From the NCBI GenBank assembly GCA_964511535.1, contig CAZEFW010000015.1, positions 3,754-67,753 on the forward strand: a stretch of DNA of 64,000 nt. The letters run 5' to 3'. Made by a program: the position numbers and the translations under genes. Positions 59,569-64,000 of the stretch are shown here, in pieces. Source of the DNA: an uncultured Myxococcales bacterium. GTDB lineage: Bacteria; Myxococcota_A; Polyangia; GCA-2747355; CAZCFB01. Below the pieces are notes generated by a model. It saw only the letters and a list, made by a program, of their open reading frames with translations. It made no database searches and was not told where the DNA came from. Each line of letters begins with the position of its first letter. The stretch's first letter is position 1.

Positions 59569-61055
59569 GGTTTGACCAGCCTGAGCCGGTGATTGTCCCA
59601 GTCCGCAACATATACGCCAGAAGCGCCGGCGAACGCCACCCCCTGGGGGTTCTTGAACCGCGCGGCGCCGAGGGCGCCCTCCGCGAAGCCGCCGCCGTTG
59701 GGGCCCCAGCCGCCGCCGCCGGCGATGGTGGAGACCACGCCCCCGGAGATCATCCGCACCAGGTGGTTGTACCGGTCCACCACGTAGACCTTGGTGCCCG
59801 TCGGGTTTACGTCCACGTCGTAGGTGTGCCAGAAGCGCGCCTTGTTCGCCGGGCCGTCCACCTTGCCGCTTGATGGCAGCGAGCCGCAGTGGCCACCGAT
59901 GGTGGATACCGTGGCGTTGCCGGCCGCGACCTTGCGCACCAGGTAGTTGGAGGTGTCGCCCACGTAGATGTTTCCACTGCTGTCCACCGCCACCCCGTTC
60001 GGCTTGTAGAACCGCGCCTGGCCCGGCGCCCCGTCGGTGCAGCCGAACTTTCCGCTGCCGGCCAGGGTGGTCACCATCCCGCCCTTGATCATCCGGATCA
60101 GGTGGTTGTCCGTGTCGGCCACATAGACCACGCCCTTGCCGTCCACGGCCACGCCCCGGGGTTTTTTGAACTCGGCGCTGCTCGCCAGCCCGTTTTTGAG
60201 CCCGGCGGTGCCCGACCCGGCCAGCACCTTCACCTTGCCGCCGCTGATGATCTTGATCTGGCTGGAACCACGGTCCGCCACGTAGACCGTGGTGCCGGCG
60301 CTGTTGACCGCCACGTCCGCCACCTCCCCGAAGGTGACCGCCGGCGCCAGGGTGCTGACCTTGGCCGCGGACAGCACCCGCACCCGGTTGTTGCTGTCGG
60401 CGATGTAGACCACGCCCTTGCCGTCCACGGCCACGCCGAGGGGCTTCTTCAGCTGGGCCACCGAGACTGGCCCGTCCTGGTAGCCGCCCGTGGTCCCCGC
60501 GGCGGTGGTCACGCACGCCTTGCCCGGGGTGTGCTTGCAGAACCCCTTGTCGCAGGCGTCGGTGGTGCAGCCGATCTTGTCGTCGCAGTCCTTGGCCGTC
60601 TTGCACTCGGTGCCCCAGGGCATGTCCTTCCACGGCGGCGCATCTGCCAGCAGCGTCTTGTCCGGCAGGGGCGCCTGGTCCAGGACCCCGGCGTCCTTGC
60701 CGCCGCTGGACCGGTCCGGGCGGCCCGCATCTGTCGGCCCCTTCGCCGCGTCGCACTTGCCGTTGACGCACCGCCCGCTGGCACACTCCTGGCCGTTGAG
60801 GCATGGCCCTCCGCCGGGGTCCTTGCCCGCCACGCAGACGCCGCCAACGCAGAGGTACGACAGGCAGCTCGCCGCCGAGGCGCAGGGCTGGCCATTGTCT
60901 GCTGGCGCGGGGGAAGCGCACAGCCCCTTGTGACACACATGGTCGGCGCAGTCGGTCTTTGCGGCGCACACGCTGCCTGCGGCGCCGCCGCCATCATCGG
61001 CGCTGCAGGCAGCCATGATCAGGGCCGCCATCATAACCATCGGATTCCTGGACAT
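59565..61055 (-). CDS. Lipoprotein with N-terminal Cys-rich modules and C-terminal NHL-repeat beta-propeller
   Basis: Lipobox MAACS; repeated GVAVD..G.VYVAD..N..I NHL-type blades. Confidence 0.75.
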   Translation of the reverse strand: MSRNPMVMMAALIMAACSADDGGGAAGSVCAAKTDCADHVCHKGLCASPAPADNGQPCASAASCLSYLCVGGVCVAGKDPGGGPCLNGQECASGRCVNGKCDAAKGPTDAGRPDRSSGGKDAGVLDQAPLPDKTLLADAPPWKDMPWGTECKTAKDCDDKIGCTTDACDKGFCKHTPGKACVTTAAGTTGGYQDGPVSVAQLKKPLGVAVDGKGVVYIADSNNRVRVLSAAKVSTLAPAVTFGEVADVAVNSAGTTVYVADRGSSQIKIISGGKVKVLAGSGTAGLKNGLASSAEFKKPRGVAVDGKGVVYVADTDNHLIRMIKGGMVTTLAGSGKFGCTDGAPGQARFYKPNGVAVDSSGNIYVGDTSNYLVRKVAAGNATVSTIGGHCGSLPSSGKVDGPANKARFWHTYDVDVNPTGTKVYVVDRYNHLVRMISGGVVSTIAGGGGWGPNGGGFAEGALGAARFKNPQGVAFAGASGVYVADWDNHRLRLVKP

Positions 61056-61157
61056 GGTCAGAGAGCTACCACGACAACGACATCGCCGCCACGGTGGCTG
61101 TACGGGATCAGAGGCTGGGAGCTGCGGGGTTCAGGCAGGAACGGCGCCGGGGTCGGC

Positions 61158-63087
61158 TCAGGCGAATCGCTCCTCGAGCACCGCCTCGGCGGCGGACCTC
61201 GTGGGCGGGTCGGCCTCACCCTCGCGGGTGTTGAGCCCGCGCTCGTACACGTCGGCCATTGTGGCGCGGGCCACCTCACCGTGCAGCTTGCCGTCGATGA
61301 CCTTGGGCACCACCTCGCCGAAGTCCGGCTTCTCCCCGCGCAGGTCGCGGGTGCGCGAGGCGATGGCCCTGGCCGCCGCCACGCCCGCGGGGATGTCCAG
61401 GGTCAGCGCCCCCGAGAACATCAGCCCGGCCAGCAGCCCGGGGAAGGCCACGGCGTTGTTGATCTGGTTCGGGTAGAGCGAGGAGCCGGTGCCGAACACC
61501 AGGTCGGGCCGGCTGGCCTTGGCTTCATCGAAGGAGATCTCCGGGTGCGGGTTGGCGCAGGCGAACACCACCGGCTTGTCGTTCATGGAGCGCACCATCT
61601 CCTGGCTGATGATGTTTGCCACGGACATGCCGATGAACACGTCAGCGCCATCGAGGGACAGCGCCCGGTCGGCCTCCAGGATCGGGTTGCGGTCCGTGGG
61701 GGCAGGCTCGCCCTTCATGGCGGCCTGGGCGAACCCGCCCTGAAGATCGCTGTTGATGTCCCGCATCAGCTCGATCTTCTCCTCCTGGCTCTTGTAGCGC
61801 GGGTTCACCTCCGGGTCGTCCAGCAGGTCAGGCCGCCGGGAGGACAGGATCCCCTTGGAGTCGAGCATGACGATGTTCTCGCCCCGGGCCCCGGCCTCCA
61901 TCAGGAAGCGCGCGATCTTGATGCCCGCCGCGCCCGCGCCGGACATGACGATCTTGGCGTCCGACAGCTCCTTGCCCTGGTCCTGCAGCGCCGTGAACAG
62001 GCCGGCCAGGGTGATGATGGCCGTGCCGTCCTGGTCGTCGTGGAAGATCGGAATCGGCAGGCGGCTCTGCAGCTCTCGCTGGATGCGGAAGCAGCGCCCG
62101 CCCTTGCCGGTGATGTCCTCCAGGTTGATCGCCTTGACGCCCTCGGTCTGGGCCAGGTACTCGGTGATCTCCACGATGTTGTCGTCCCGCGTGGAGTCGA
62201 TGCTCACCGGCAGCGCGGTGAACCGGCCGGCCGAGGCGTTGATCTTGGCCTTGCCCACCATCACCGGGTGGCCGCCGCGGGGGCCGATGTTCTCCAGGCC
62301 GAGCACCGCGGTCTGGTCGGTGACCACCAGGCAGATGGGGCCTGGCAGCGACTCGATGTAGGCCCGGGCGCCGCGCAGCACCGGGTGGACCTCCCACTTG
62401 CGCGTGGCCGGGTTGCGCCACTCGATGCCGTGGGACAGGCGCGGGATGTGGATCGAGCCGGTGGCGCCGGTGAGGGAGCGCACCGCCTCGTCCACCCGGT
62501 CCTGCACCACGTGGATCACCTTGCGCATCAGGCCGCGCAGGTCCATGAAGCTGATGTTGGACAGGATGGCCTTGTGGGTGTGCAGCGCCTGCACCAGCAG
62601 GCACATCTGAGCCACGCCCGGGGTGTAGGCCACCTTGTACGCCTCCATGTCTTTGAGCTCGGTGATGCCCCGCTCGACATGGGAGAACCCGGGGTAGTCG
62701 GTGGTCTCCAGGTAGCGGCGCACGAAGCTGAGGAACGCCTCGCCGTTGTACTCGCTGGACAGCAGGTGGGCCAGGTTCGACAGCCCCTCCTTGATGCCTT
62801 CCAGCCCCTCGTCCGTCATGGCGGGCACGTAGCGCTTGATGCTGCGCAGCAGGAAATCGTTGATCCGTTCCGAGCTGTCGCGCAGGTGCGCCAGCAGCAG
62901 GACCACCTCGGCGATGCGCTTGTGGTTCGGCACCGACGGCGATGCGTCCAGGGTCTCGGCGTCCCGGATCAGCCCCTCGATCTCGAGGTCGAACAGGCGA
63001 ATGCGGTCGGCGGCCTTGGCCAGGTACGGGCCAGCCAGGTCGAGGATTTCCTCGGGGTGACCCTGCGTGGGACGGTCGGCGGACATG
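61158..63087 (-). CDS. NAD(P)-dependent malic enzyme with an N-terminal extension of about 190 aa
   Basis: Malic-enzyme N-terminal motif (AYTPGVAQMC) and NAD-binding domain (SGAGAAGIKIARFL). AAGGAG RBS before the ATG at 63087; track ORF extends to 63197. Confidence 0.8.
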
Positions 63088-63187
63088 AGCGGTCTCCTTG
63101 GTCGGTAGTTGTGGCAAACAAAGTTAGTACCAATAACGCGCTGCGCAAGAGGCGAAGTGAATCCGGACCTATTCAGCCGTGTTATGA

Positions 63188-63691
63188 ATGGGATCAATGA
63201 TCGATACCCCGTGCCCCTGCGGCTCCGGCCGCGCCCTGGACCGTTGCTGCGGCCCGTACCTCGAGGGGGCCGCGCAGGCCCCCACAGCCGAGGCGCTGAT
63301 GCGCTCGCGCTACACCGCGCATGTCAAGCTGGCGGCCGGGTACCTGAACCGCACCCAGCGCAGCGACCGGCTACCTCCGTTCGACGCCGCGGAGATGGCG
63401 CGGGCGGCCAACAACATCCGCTGGACCGGCTTGCGGGTGCTGGGCACCACGGCGGGCGGCCCGGAGGACACGCAGGGCGAGGTGGAGTTCCAGGCCGCCT
63501 TCGAGCAGCATGGCCAGCCCGGCGCGCACCACGAGCGCTCCCGCTTCGAGCGCCACGGCGGGCGCTGGTTCTACACCAAAGGCACCGTGATCCAGGAGCC
63601 GGCGCGGCGCGGCGCGCCCAGGGTGGGGCGCAACGAGCCGTGCCCTTGCGGCTCGGGCAAGAAGTACAAGAAATGCTGCGCGCGGCGGTAG
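63188..63691 (+). CDS. ychJ: YchJ-family (UPF0225) protein with terminal SEC-C metal-binding motifs
   Basis: CPCGSG...CC motifs at both ends. Confidence 0.75.
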   Translation: MGSMIDTPCPCGSGRALDRCCGPYLEGAAQAPTAEALMRSRYTAHVKLAAGYLNRTQRSDRLPPFDAAEMARAANNIRWTGLRVLGTTAGGPEDTQGEVEFQAAFEQHGQPGAHHERSRFERHGGRWFYTKGTVIQEPARRGAPRVGRNEPCPCGSGKKYKKCCARR

Positions 63692-63737
63692 CGGTCCCCC
63701 GCTCCGCCGACGCGCCGAACAGAGGAGAAGCTGTCAG

Positions 63738-64000
63738 ATGAACATCGGAATCGTCATCGGCCGCATGGGCGGCATCGACGGGGTCGCCCTCGAGACCGAG
63801 AAGTGGATCACGGTGCTGCAGCGCATGGGCCACCAGGTCCGGCTGCTCACCGGCGAGCTCGAGGCCGAGGTGCAAGACGCCGACCTGCTGCCCGAGCTGG
63901 CCTTCAGCCACCCGGCCACGGTGGCCGAGCAGGCGTACGCCTTCTTCGGCGAGCCCATCGCGGAGGCCGAGTTCATGGCCGACCTGCAGCGCCGGGCGGC
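63738..64000 (+). CDS. Partial ORF running off window end; glycosyltransferase GT4-like N-terminus ([19 protein letters not shown]...)
   Basis: Open frame to the window end; weak pattern resemblance only. Confidence 0.3.
   Translation, partial: MNIGIVIGRMGGIDGVALETEKWITVLQRMGHQVRLLTGELEAEVQDADLLPELAFSHPATVAEQAYAFFGEPIAEAEFMADLQRRA

Overview
High-GC (~70%) bacterial chromosomal window, probably Myxococcota (inferred from Myxococcales-type Cys-rich repeat proteins, many lipoproteins, a PEGA-domain Ser/Thr kinase and very GC3-biased codons). It is gene dense, with about 60 protein-coding genes and no rRNA, tRNA or CRISPR found. Housekeeping content includes DegP/HtrA, RadC, a FadN-type 3-hydroxyacyl-CoA dehydrogenase/hydratase plus thiolase operon, a FadH-like dienoyl-CoA reductase, malic enzyme, ManA, cyclophilin, an M48 peptidase and an OmpR-type two-component pair. 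These are interleaved with many secreted, lipoprotein and Cys-rich accessory genes. Most notable findings: (1) three separate reading frames are interrupted by a single in-frame TGA while protein-like coding continues, and each TGA is followed by a downstream stem-loop, so all three are candidate selenoproteins; the strongest is a TlpA-like thioredoxin-fold lipoprotein where TGA replaces the first Cys of CxxC; (2) a seven-gene, translationally coupled minus-strand envelope operon (488..6041) that contains that selenoprotein; (3) a secreted, long, divergent SelO/YdiU-like (AMPylase-fold) protein in a lower-GC island; (4) a radical SAM/SPASM enzyme adjacent to a secreted Cys-containing protein (candidate maturase/substrate pair); (5) a four-helix-bundle (23S rRNA IVS protein family) cassette flanked by 21-bp inverted repeats and inserted at the 3' end of the M48 peptidase gene; (6) two families of dispersed intergenic repeats (a heptamer-type CTGAAGC/CTTGAGA plus GCGAGCGAAGCGAGC family, and a GTCGACAGTT family), several arranged as long palindromes or tandem arrays, and several segmental duplications. 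All functional calls are sequence-pattern recognition without database searches.
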